Assembly: GCA_963715195.1 (NCBI GenBank)
Contig: CAVQRT010000005.1
Coordinates: forward strand, 1 to 22,040
DNA: 22,040 bases
Source of the DNA: Thermodesulfovibrionales bacterium
GTDB lineage: Bacteria; Nitrospirota; Thermodesulfovibrionia; Thermodesulfovibrionales; SM23-35
Direction of reading: 5' to 3'
The notes under the pieces were generated by a model, which made no database searches, was not told the origin of the DNA, and saw nothing but the letters and a program-made list of their open reading frames with translations. Position numbers and translations under genes: made by a program. Of this stretch, positions 9,156-18,159 are shown piece by piece (within the stretch, counting starts at the first letter, position 1; every line of letters begins with the position of its first letter).

Positions 9156-9272
9156 AGCGCTGAAGGATGAAGAGCTGAAGACTGAAGGGTAGAAAAAAGA
9201 AGAACTGGAGAGCTGAAGACTGAAGTTCTAAAAGCTAAAAAACTCAAGAATGGGGAACTGGAGGCGAAATAA

Positions 9273-9406
9273 CTGAAGGATGAAGAAAGTAGAACTGAAG
9301 TGCTGAAGGATGAAAGAAAGTAGAACTGAAGTGCTGAAGGATGAAGAAAGTAGAACTGAAGTGCTGAAGGATGAAGAAAGTAGAACTGAAGTGCTGAAGG
9401 ATGAAG
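9273..9406 (+). repeat. 30-bp tandem repeat, ~4.4 copies, inside a purine-rich CTGAAG array (9155-9450)
   Basis: Unit CTGAAGGATGAAGAAAGTAGAACTGAAGTG at 9273, 9303 (one extra A), 9334 and 9364, with a partial copy at 9394. There are no spacers. Confidence 0.97.
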
Positions 9407-9473
9407 GCTGAAGCTTTAAGTCTAAAGACTAAAGATCTTAAGGCTGAAGTAGAAACAAACAGAGTCTAAGTTG

Positions 9474-9509
9474 TTGAATTTAAGATCTTATCGTGCTATC
9501 CTGTTGGCT
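9474..9509 (+). promoter_or_regulatory. Sigma70-type promoter abutting the start codon (predicts leaderless mRNA)
   Basis: TTGAAT 9474-9479, a 17-bp spacer, TGn-TATCCT 9494-9502, 7 nt, then ATG 9510. There is no Shine-Dalgarno sequence. Confidence 0.6.
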
Positions 9510-9872
9510 ATGTCGAATTACAGAAAACTGATCGCATGGCAAAAATCCGACGAGCTTGCTTTAATGGTATACAATGTTACGAAGAATTTCCCTAAGCAGG
9601 AGTTATTTGGTCTTACCTCGCAACTGAGGAGAGCAGCTCTTTCTGTACCCACAAATATTGTTGAAGGATATAATAGAAAAAGCAAAAAGGAATTACATAG
9701 ATTTATTGATATCGCATTAGGTTCGCTTGCTGAAACTGAGTATTTAATAGAGTTTTCCCAAAAACTTGGCTATATAAAAGGTGATATTTCTCATATCGAA
9801 ACCGCTATCGTTGAAATTGGTAAACTTCTCTGGAGTTTCCAAAAATCACTTTTAACAAGAACTGAACCCTGA
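9510..9872 (+). CDS. Four-helix-bundle protein (23S rRNA intervening-sequence protein family, structural relative of DGR Avd), 120 aa
   Basis: MSNYRKLIAWQKS..T..FPKQELFGLTSQLRRAALSVPTNIVEG..RF..IALGSLAETEY..LGYI is the family signature. It is the only + strand gene. Confidence 0.93.
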   Translation: MSNYRKLIAWQKSDELALMVYNVTKNFPKQELFGLTSQLRRAALSVPTNIVEGYNRKSKKELHRFIDIALGSLAETEYLIEFSQKLGYIKGDISHIETAIVEIGKLLWSFQKSLLTRTEP

Positions 9873-9920
9873 AGCTTTTCTTCAGCCTTCAGCTCTTCAT
9901 CCTTCAGTGCTTTTTGCTCT

Positions 9921-12900
9921 TCAGCTCTTCAGTATTTCAGCCCTGAGTGCTTCTGTTTCAGGTGAAGGCTCTATTCCCAGCACGGCAGAAAAAGTTTTAC
10001 GACAACGATTGTAAACCGCAAGGGCTTCTGCCTTTCTTCCCATACGCTGATAGCAGGCCATGAGGCGCTGATAAAAGTTTTCGGCGAGGTCATCCACTTC
10101 AATGCCCTTGCGAAAAAGGGATATTGCGCTTTGCACTTCTCCCCTCTTTTCAGAAAAAAGTCCAGCCATCTCAATATTTCGAAGAAATCTATTTCTGAGA
10201 TGTTCACGAAAGGATACTACCCAGGGCTCACCGTCATCGGCCAAAAAATGCCCCGCATATAATTTCAAAAGCTCTTGCGAAAGCGACATGATATTCAATT
10301 TGATTTCCCCTGTTATTCCTCCCGTCCAAACAGATTCCAAACGATTCAGAATCCGCTGCAGAAGCCACGCATCAACCCAGCAGCAACGAGGGTCGATTGT
10401 TACTTTTCCATCACTGACGATCAGGGCTTTTTCACTATCTATCAAGTCACGGAGACGAGATAGAGTAGTTTTAAAAGTTATATGAGCAGCATCACCATAT
10501 GCATCTGGCCAAAGAACATCAATGAGACGATCTTCTGAAACACCTTTCCCTCCGCAAGCAATCACTGCTTTCAGGAGCAGAAGCGGTTTTTGATGTGCCC
10601 TCCCTCGGAATTGCACAGGGCTGCCCTGTTTTACTAACCCAAACCGACCTAAGGTATAGATCTTTAACGGCCAGGGCCATCGTTCATCAACTGCAAGAGT
10701 ATCTGGGGGAGGGATCGTATTTCTTCGGATAAGAGTCTTTATATATTTTTCTTCAATTCCATGCTCGAGTGCTTTCGTTAGGACAGTTTCCAGGACACGA
10801 GGTTCAGACATAAATAGATTCATAAATCCTTTTTCTCGTCCCTTCTTCATCCCCTTGCGTATTGCCTGGAGAGCAGGCACTTCTTTTCCCTTCCTCAGGT
10901 AAAAGTATGCCTCGGTCAACAAACAGATAAAGGGCACAAATTCATTGTTGCTTTGCAATCCAATGGTGCGAGCTCGTGAAAGATTTTTGAATGCCTGTTT
11001 ATTCTCCCCAAAGGCATCTGCAAGATAGGCTTTCAGTATATAGGCGACAGAAAGGGTCCATGGATTACCGATATCTTCACACAGCCTCAGACATTCTTCA
11101 GCATGAGTTGATGCCTGAGGAAGACTACCCTGATACAGGGCCGCCCAGGCAACGCAGTAATGGTAGAAACTCTTCTCCCATGGCTTCATAAGGCCTGATG
11201 CAGAGACCATTTTTTGAAGAAACCGCTTTGCCTGAGGAATATTTCCACTTTTTAATGAGCTTATTATGCCGTGTCCCAACAGCATATGTTCCATGACTCT
11301 GATCTTAAGGGATCTTGCCAGTTCAAGACCTTCGCCAACCACGTTCCCGCATTGTTCATACATCGACATCACATTAAACAAAGCAGCCCTCAACCAGTTC
11401 ACAGTTAATATAGTCAATGGAGGTACATCATACCGTTGAATCATGCCCTGCAACGTTTCGAGGGCAATCTGCAATCCGCCGAACTCGCCTGAACTATATA
11501 GGTAACTGGCCTCAGCAGTTAACATCCTTATTTTCTGATATTCTTCCGAGCTCCTGTCAGTGATGGTGCGGATGCAGTTTACCCATTTCTCCGCATCAAT
11601 ATAAGGAGGTCTCCTCAGGGTGAGTATCTTAAAGACGCTTAACACAACTTCGACCTCGGTGTCTTCAGAAGGAAATCCCCCATACTGTTGTATCATCCGT
11701 TCGACTTCTTTTACCAATTGGTCAAGCGATTTCAGACTTTCCCGGCCGAGTACGATCGATTCCACAAGCCCGGCCCATGCCAGAAAAGAACCTGCCGCTT
11801 CATGAGATTCCTGAAAATCATAAAGTGCCTTCTCAAAATACCTCTGGCTCTCATCTGGATCAAACGGCAGTTTGGATACGCCTGACCAGTAGAGCAACCA
11901 GGGATCAGCAGGTATAGCTTCTTCAGGAATTAATAACAGCCAGTTCTGGAGCGTCCCGTATCTTCCCTGTCTTATTAAGGACGGTGCCCATTTTAGAATA
12001 ATGGATATCAGACTTTTTACGTCTCCAGATTCATGAATCAAACGAACGGCATCTTCTGCATGTTCTGATTCTTCAAGGAGCATTGCGGAATCATGTTTGA
12101 TCATGGATAACGTGGCTGGGTCAAATGCACTTTTTGCCATGGAAAGTAAAAACTCCCGGAAAAGCTGGTGATACCGGTAAAAAGTGCTTCCCTTCAATAT
12201 TTTTTCGTGAGAGTATTCCTCTATAAAACAACATTCCCTGATCAGGTTGTCCAGGATGGTACCGGCATGTTTCATACGAGTAAGTTTAGCGGCCGTGTCA
12301 ATACTCATTACAGGTAAGAAGCATGTCCTGAGCATGAAGTCCTGCGCATTCTTGTCTGTCTTGAAAAAAACCTCTTGACCAAAATAGTCAAAGATATTCT
12401 GTGACGAAACCGTGACAGGTAGTCTCTCGTTATGAGACTCTGCATCGCCGCTCTTAAGAAAAAGCATGAGCCCGGCAGCCCAGCCGTTTGTCTTATCAAA
12501 AAGAGCACGAAGAACATTTTCCGGAAACCCACCCGGCATCTCCTTCTCAATGAGTTCCCTTGTCTCTTCCACAGTAAACTTCAGTGCATCCCAACCAATG
12601 ATATGAGCCAACCCATGAACGATAAGACGTGCGAATGCAGGCGGTGGGTCCTTTCTGCTCAAAATGAAAAAGGTAAAACCTTCGGGAACCCCTCGTAATA
12701 CATTGGCGATAATTGCATGAAACCGTGAACTGGCAGGCATTTCATGATAGTTGTCAATAACAAACATAAAAGGTTTATTGATTCTGCTAAAGATTGCCTC
12801 GAAATAGCGATGCGAAAAAATAAGATCTCCACGTGCATGTTCAGCCGTATAGCGGGGCAATAGATGCCTTTTCTTAGGAAATAATTTCCGAAGGGCAATT

Positions 12901-13168
12901 TCCGTATAATAAAAAAAGGTCCCAATGTCTTTATCTCCTTCATCGACCGAATACCATAAACAGGGAATATTGCGGTCAGATGCATAACTTGAGACAAGCG
13001 AAGTCTTGCCTGATCCGGCCGGGCTCACGACAAAAGTTACCGGTAATTTTCTGCTGTTGTCGAGAATCGTGAAAAGTCGCGGTCGTGGCAGTATTCCAGC
13101 CACAGCAGGGCGGGTTATTTTCGGGAATAAAAGGAATCGTTTTTTGGTACGATTATTTTTTATCCCAT
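9921..13168 (-). CDS. MalT-like STAND ATPase transcriptional regulator with a helical/TPR-like sensor and C-terminal SARP winged-helix + BTAD domain
   Basis: Walker A SPAGSGKTS, Walker B FVIDNYH, TNGWAAGL, YRYHQLFREFL. C-terminus IYTLGRF..LIDVLWPD..LSRLR..WVDA..LYAGHFL..YQRLM..GIEPSPET. The ORF is called from 13103, but the frame extends upstream (KITRP). GGAGGGG + ATG 13168 is one base out of frame. Confidence 0.9.
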
Positions 13169-13203
13169 CTATACCCCTCCATTCAACTAATTCCAGAAAA
13201 TAT

Positions 13204-13972
13204 TTACACCCTTATCGTATCCCCATCCTTCAATATCCTCATGTGCCTGAGGCTGAGTTTCTTCAGTTCATTTTTGATAATTCCGTGATACTGTGGTTTT
13301 AAATGCGTAATACAAATCTGCTCCGGTTTCTGTTGTATTTTCGCCAGTTCTTTTACCAGCAATTCCGGCGTCAGGTGCCCGCTTCGTAACGCCATTGCAC
13401 TCAAGGCATTCGGGAATGAAACGTCGATGATGAGGCAATTCAGTTTCTTATTCCCGAGTTTTTCCCACGTTCTGGCAGACGGCCCCGTATCCCCGGTATA
13501 AAAAAATCTTCTACTCTTTTCATCTTCGACAAGATATCCAACTGCCGATACAGTGTGATTCACCTCGTATGGAGTAATGGTGTAACTGTTCACACGGATT
13601 GACCTTCCCGGCTGAGAGCTTCACAAGGTTCAATATCGCATCGTCAGGCTTGGGGAGGATCGTAAAATCGGGCCACATGGCGCTGTTGAACAAGTGCTCC
13701 TTTATCATTCTTAAAACCGGGGGGATACTGTAGAGCGAGACTTTATTCTGTTTTTTTGAAACGATAATATTATCGGCGAGAAATGGAATGCTTGCGATGT
13801 GATCAAGGTGCGCATGAGTGATGAAGATATGTTTTATTTTCATCTGAGCCTTTTCATCCAGCACCCCGGTAAAGCTTCCTGCATCGAATATGATTTCTTC
13901 ATTCAGAAGAAAACTCGGGGTCTTATGCCCCGGCAATTCCGCACCCGAACAGCCTATGACCTTGATTTTCAT
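13204..13972 (-). CDS. Metallo-beta-lactamase-fold 3',5'-cyclic-nucleotide phosphodiesterase (class II-like), split by one frameshift at ~13603
   Basis: MKIKVIGCSG..FDAG..THAHLDH..WPDF (13520..13972) continues as VNHTV..YTGDTG..DVSFPN..GHLTP..THLKP (13204..13593). RBS AAGGAG. Confidence 0.85.
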
Positions 13973-14046
13973 GGCATGCTCCTTATCATTTCCACCAGTC
14001 CCACATTTATAAAATCTCGTCCATAAAGTTCCTACCTAAAGAGTCC

Positions 14047-14120
14047 GTCATTCCCCGACTTGATCGGGGAATCCATTTCTTCAATATCTTCTGGATTGTC
14101 CGGTCAAGCCGGACAATGAC
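14047..14120. repeat. REP/RPE-like double-hairpin palindromic element, copy 1
   Basis: GTC-ATTCCCCGA-CTTGA-TCGGGGAAT-CCA..TGG-ATTGTCCGG-TCAAG-CCGGACAAT-GAC. Confidence 0.88.
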
Positions 14121-14141
14121 AAAACATTAATTTATGTTGCT

Positions 14142-16615
14142 TTACGAAGAGACCTTGTATATCCTTACCCCCTGCTCTTTCCCTTTCACTTTAACCTTTG
14201 CGAGATCGATAAATTTCACCCCGCTCATACTACCAGATTCGATGCTCTTTCTGATATGCTCATAGGTAAATTCTGTAATCAGTATCCTCGATTCATACTG
14301 CCGGGTGATCTTTTCCACCCGCGATGCGAGATTGACTGTGTCACCGATGACCGTGTAATCCATCTTCATGCCCTCCACACCGATGTTGCCGACCAGTACT
14401 TCACCGGTGTTGATGCCTATGCCGCAGTTGAGAACCGGCTTGCCCTCCTTCTCCCATTTCTTCTGGAGTTCATCGAGCGTCTTCGAAACCTCGAGTGCGC
14501 ACTGTAACCGCAAGTTCGGCATGGTTCGGCTGCGGAAAGGGAGCCCCCCAGAATGCCATGATCTGGTCGCCTGCAAACTTGTCGAGCGTGCCCTGCCACT
14601 TAAATATCCCGTTGCTCATTTCTGTAAAGTATTCATTGAGGATCGAGACTACTTCCTCCGGCTGCAGTTTCTCTGAGAGTGATGTGAACCCAATAAGGTC
14701 CATGAATAAGATCGTGACAGTTTTCCTGTCACCGCCGAGATTGACCTCTACATCCTTGTGGATGATATCTTCGACAACCTGGGGTGATAGATAACGGGAG
14801 AGATTCGTCCTTATGATCTCTTCCTTCTTGATCTGGTCAACGAGTTTGGCGTTTTCGATAGCCACTGCCCCGCTGTTCGCTAAGGTATTCAAAAGATCGA
14901 TATCCTCACGGGTGTAAAAATGACCCGACTTCTTGTAGCCAAGGGCAAGGGCTCCCTTGACCGTATCCTGATGCAGGAGAGGCAGCACCATGCTTACCCC
15001 CATTCTCGAAAACCGGTCAGTGCAGGTATCCCTAATATCCCTGTAGCGAGGGTCTTCGTTTATGTCGTAGATGGTAACGAGCTTCTTGTCTTTTGTGAAA
15101 TGCACATCAATAAACGGGTCATCGTATTGTATGCATTCGTTCTCATTGGTCTTGACGTTGATCAGTGCTCATCGCCGAGAAACATAGTCTGGCACTCTTT
15201 CTTCTTGTCATCGAGAATAAGCACGCCTGCCTTATCAATAAACATTTCAAGCCTCGCTGTATTGATGAGCTTCCGAATGATTTCGTTCAGATCAAGCATC
15301 GATGACAGTGCATTGCTGACCTTCGTGACCGTCTCCTTGTAGTCAAACTTCTTTCGATAAAAGAGCTTGTCTACGGCGGTTTGAACTGTCCTGTTGAGAG
15401 GATTGAAAAAGAAAACGACAATAATCGCAAAAAGGACCGGGTAGATTTTTTCCGAGTGTTCGCCGAAGACCGGCTGGAACGTCGTCCTCACTCCCACCTG
15501 TAGCGAGAAATACGTCAGGCCGACGACGGCGGTCATAATAGCATACCCAACCGCCCTTTTGACGTAGACGTCGACATCGAAGAGGTTGTGCTTTGCTATT
15601 GCATACGCGATAGATGCAGGGAATATGATAATGGGAATCGAGGAGAAATTCGTGATGATTCTCATCCCACCAAGCGTTTGCCCCAAAAACGCGGCAAGTG
15701 GACCAAATGCCGGGATTGGCAGGGCAAGCAAGGCTCCAAAAAGGACCACCTTCGCACGCTGTCTCGCCAGGACTGATGCTTTCTTTGCAAAAGCATGCAG
15801 AGTTGCAACAATCAGCGCAAGGGCACTAAAAGCTGCATAGGCAAGAACAATGGTATAAAATGGGCTGAACGCTGGCCGGGGATAGTAGATCTGTATAGGA
15901 ATAACCAGCACAGTCGAAAGAATATACGGCACAACCTCAAGAAACGGACGTTTTTCGATTAACTTTGTTCTTTCAGGAAACAAAAGGCTAAGATGAACAA
16001 CAACGGCAGGCAGAAAAGCATCATCGAAAAGATACAGCCTTACGAAACCAAAGTGGGTAGACTCCATATCAAAGGACATGAATGATGACACACCCTGCAG
16101 GAGGCATGCCATGGAAAAAACCCAACTGACCTTTGTATCCGGCTTGAGCATGAAAACGACAACGCCGATTAATAGGTAGAGAATCCCCTGGAAAAAAAGG
16201 ATGCCGAAGGTCATGACCATGTCTATGCCGGTAAAACGCATCGTTGGAATGGTTACCCGAATAACTTCGGCCTCTCTCTTAACTTCGTATTGCATCGGAG
16301 TGCCTACCTTAGTATTCAGAACTATTTCCTCGAGAGCCTCCGCAGAAGAGACTTCTTTCCCATTGGCTCTGAGAATCTTGTCAGGATACTTCAAACCGGC
16401 CTGTGTTCCGGTCCAGTGGTACTGACCGATATATCCGACAACCATCCGCTGATTGACAAGAAAACCCGGGAATGGTTTATCGATCCATTGCACGGCATTC
16501 CATATGCATACTGCGCCAATAGTCAAGGCAGCAAGGATGAGTCGATAAAAACAACCCTGCCGATGGATTGTCCGCCTGGTAAGTTTTTAGAAAAAGAGGA
16601 TATCATGCTATTCAT
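14142..16615 (-). CDS. Membrane-bound class III adenylate cyclase: TM-PDZ-like domain, multi-TM region, GAF, cyclase (frameshifts at ~16545, ~15170 and ~14500)
   Basis: QAGLKYPDKILRANG (PDZ-like), several hydrophobic helices, GALALGYKKSG..EDIDLLNTLANSGAVAIENA (GAF), LFMDLIGFT, DKFAGDQIMAFWGAP, GIGINTG..DYTVIGDTVNLASRVE. The Lys and Thr specificity residues indicate an ATP substrate. The start (16615 or 16606) is inferred. Confidence 0.87.
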
Positions 16616-16643
16616 ATCTAAAATTCGGATAAGATCTTTCTCC

Positions 16644-16727
16644 GTCATTGCCCGACTTGATCGGGCAATCCAGTGTCGAATAAAAAGCTCTAAAGAACTG
16701 GATTATCCGGTCAAGCCGGATAATGAC
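16644..16727. repeat. REP/RPE-like double-hairpin palindromic element, copy 2
   Basis: GTC-ATTGCCCGA-CTTGA-TCGGGCAAT-CCAG..CTGG-ATTATCCGG-TCAAG-CCGGATAAT-GAC. Confidence 0.88.
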
Positions 16728-16854
16728 ACCCACTGGAACGGAGTTCGCCATGAATCTACTCAAGAATAAGCTAATCTCACAAGACAAAAGAATGCAATAA
16801 GTCCTGCCCATTTTTTGGAGAGGAAATTTTCTACGTATGTAAAAATCTTATATC

Positions 16855-18108
16855 TCAGAAATAGACCTGAAGCCCTAATCCTATGTATTGAGACTTAAAG
16901 ATATTATTTGAACCGGCAAATCTGTTTCGATATGAAATGGAGCCAGTGAGGGGAACCGGGAATTTTTTTGCCATATAGAGCGGCAATGTCGAATAGGATA
17001 ATGTGCCGATAAAAACGTGTTCTGTATAATCAGTTTCATCTTCCAGTGATCTGTATGCATATCCTTTATTACCTGAAACATCATCTTTCAAGGCAAATCC
17101 GTATTTATAATTTAAAGTCGCATCAAATCCAGGTGTTATGGTGTATTTCCCTGACACATCAATTTCAATAACATCACCGATGTCCCTATCAACTTTCTCC
17201 TTGTTTGCAGTAATTGGCAGGTCTACATCATCAGGGATTCTTAATTTTTCATGATCAGGCAATATCAGATCGTATCTGAATGTTGCGTTGAGCACTACAT
17301 TCTTTATACCGGTGTAATCATTGTTTAAACGGAAAAGCAGTGCATAGGCACCAGCTCCTATGGGATAGGCAGTTAAATCATCAGGATCGTCTATCTCGCC
17401 GCTCGGGAACCGCACCCCCCCGGTAAAAGCAAGCCTCCACTTTTCTGTTTTCAAATACTGATATCTGGCTCCCAATTCAATATCACCTACACCGTTATTC
17501 TTAAAAGTTCCGAATTCCTTATATCCGAAGCCGGGAACGTCAATAGTCCCATCCCCATTGATATCAAGGCCCTTAGCTAAAAGAGCTATGACATCCTTTT
17601 TCGTCAGGGGAACTGTTCCCGGGACAGCGAGGGGGACAAGGTTATTTAAAGCAGCATTTTTGCCAACGGTTGCAGCAGAGGTATCCAGACTCGATTTCAC
17701 CTCATTCTTGACCCACCAATACGGCAGTAAAATTCCCACCGAGAGCTTGTCAGTTACACCGTACATGAACGTCATTTCCGTTATTGTGAAGTAATAGTCA
17801 AATGAAACATCAGTTTTCCCAAGATTTGCGGATCCCGGCGGCATGCCGAAAAAATCTTCTACAAGACTTAAATCGGTAAAGACGGTGCTATCCAAAGTGG
17901 TATTGTAATCTCTTGCTACGTCCTCGGTATCGCCATCAGGGTCATAACGCTCATTGATCTTGAAATAAAACTTGCCGTCGAGGCTGATATTTGCCACCCC
18001 CTTAGGCAACACTTCAGCACTGTCGGCATAACAAATAGCAGCGATTGCCAAAAAGATGAGACAGATTAAGAAGCTACTTCCATACATCATGCGTCCTCGC
18101 CTTTTCAT
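16855..18108 (-). CDS. Probable outer-membrane beta-barrel protein (resembles the MetA-pathway/'transporter' family)
   Basis: Signal peptide, YGVTDKLSVG.LPY, GVGDIELGARYQ..GGVRFPSG, alternating beta-strand pattern and C-terminal GLGLQVYF. RBS AGGGGG precedes ATG 18108. Confidence 0.68.
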   Translation of the reverse strand: MKRRGRMMYGSSFLICLIFLAIAAICYADSAEVLPKGVANISLDGKFYFKINERYDPDGDTEDVARDYNTTLDSTVFTDLSLVEDFFGMPPGSANLGKTDVSFDYYFTITEMTFMYGVTDKLSVGILLPYWWVKNEVKSSLDTSAATVGKNAALNNLVPLAVPGTVPLTKKDVIALLAKGLDINGDGTIDVPGFGYKEFGTFKNNGVGDIELGARYQYLKTEKWRLAFTGGVRFPSGEIDDPDDLTAYPIGAGAYALLFRLNNDYTGIKNVVLNATFRYDLILPDHEKLRIPDDVDLPITANKEKVDRDIGDVIEIDVSGKYTITPGFDATLNYKYGFALKDDVSGNKGYAYRSLEDETDYTEHVFIGTLSYSTLPLYMAKKFPVPLTGSISYRNRFAGSNNIFKSQYIGLGLQVYF

Positions 18109-18159
18109 GGTTTTCCCCCTTTTTTGAATTCTCATTGACCATTATATAACATCATGTGC

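Larger units (their letters stand above)
9155..9912. mobile_element. Candidate cassette bounded by 33-bp inverted repeats, carrying only a four-helix-bundle gene (mobility not demonstrated)
   Basis: Left 9155-9187 AAGCGCTGAAGGATGAAGAGCTGAAGACTGAAG versus the reverse complement of 9880-9912, AAGCACTGAAGGATGAAGAGCTGAAGGCTGAAG (31/33). No transposase or clear target duplication is visible. Confidence 0.5.

Noticed and set aside
9273..9406. CRISPR array
   Set aside because: The 30-bp units are directly adjacent with no unique spacers, and there are no cas genes.
9510..9872. Diversity-generating retroelement (Avd) or rRNA intervening sequence
   Set aside because: No reverse transcriptase, no TR/VR pair with adenine-specific mismatches and no rRNA sequence in the window.
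9155..9912. Classical IS element
   Set aside because: No transposase motif and no clear target-site duplication; the IRs are built from low-complexity repeats.
13204..16615. True pseudogenes or programmed frameshifting in the phosphodiesterase and cyclase
   Set aside because: Catalytic motifs are intact, no canonical slippery site with a stimulator is evident, and similar indels occur throughout the window.
16290..16811. ORFs 16290..16769 (+) and 16608..16811 (-)
   Set aside because: Their frames run through the REP-like palindrome and/or antisense to the cyclase, with no recognisable protein features.
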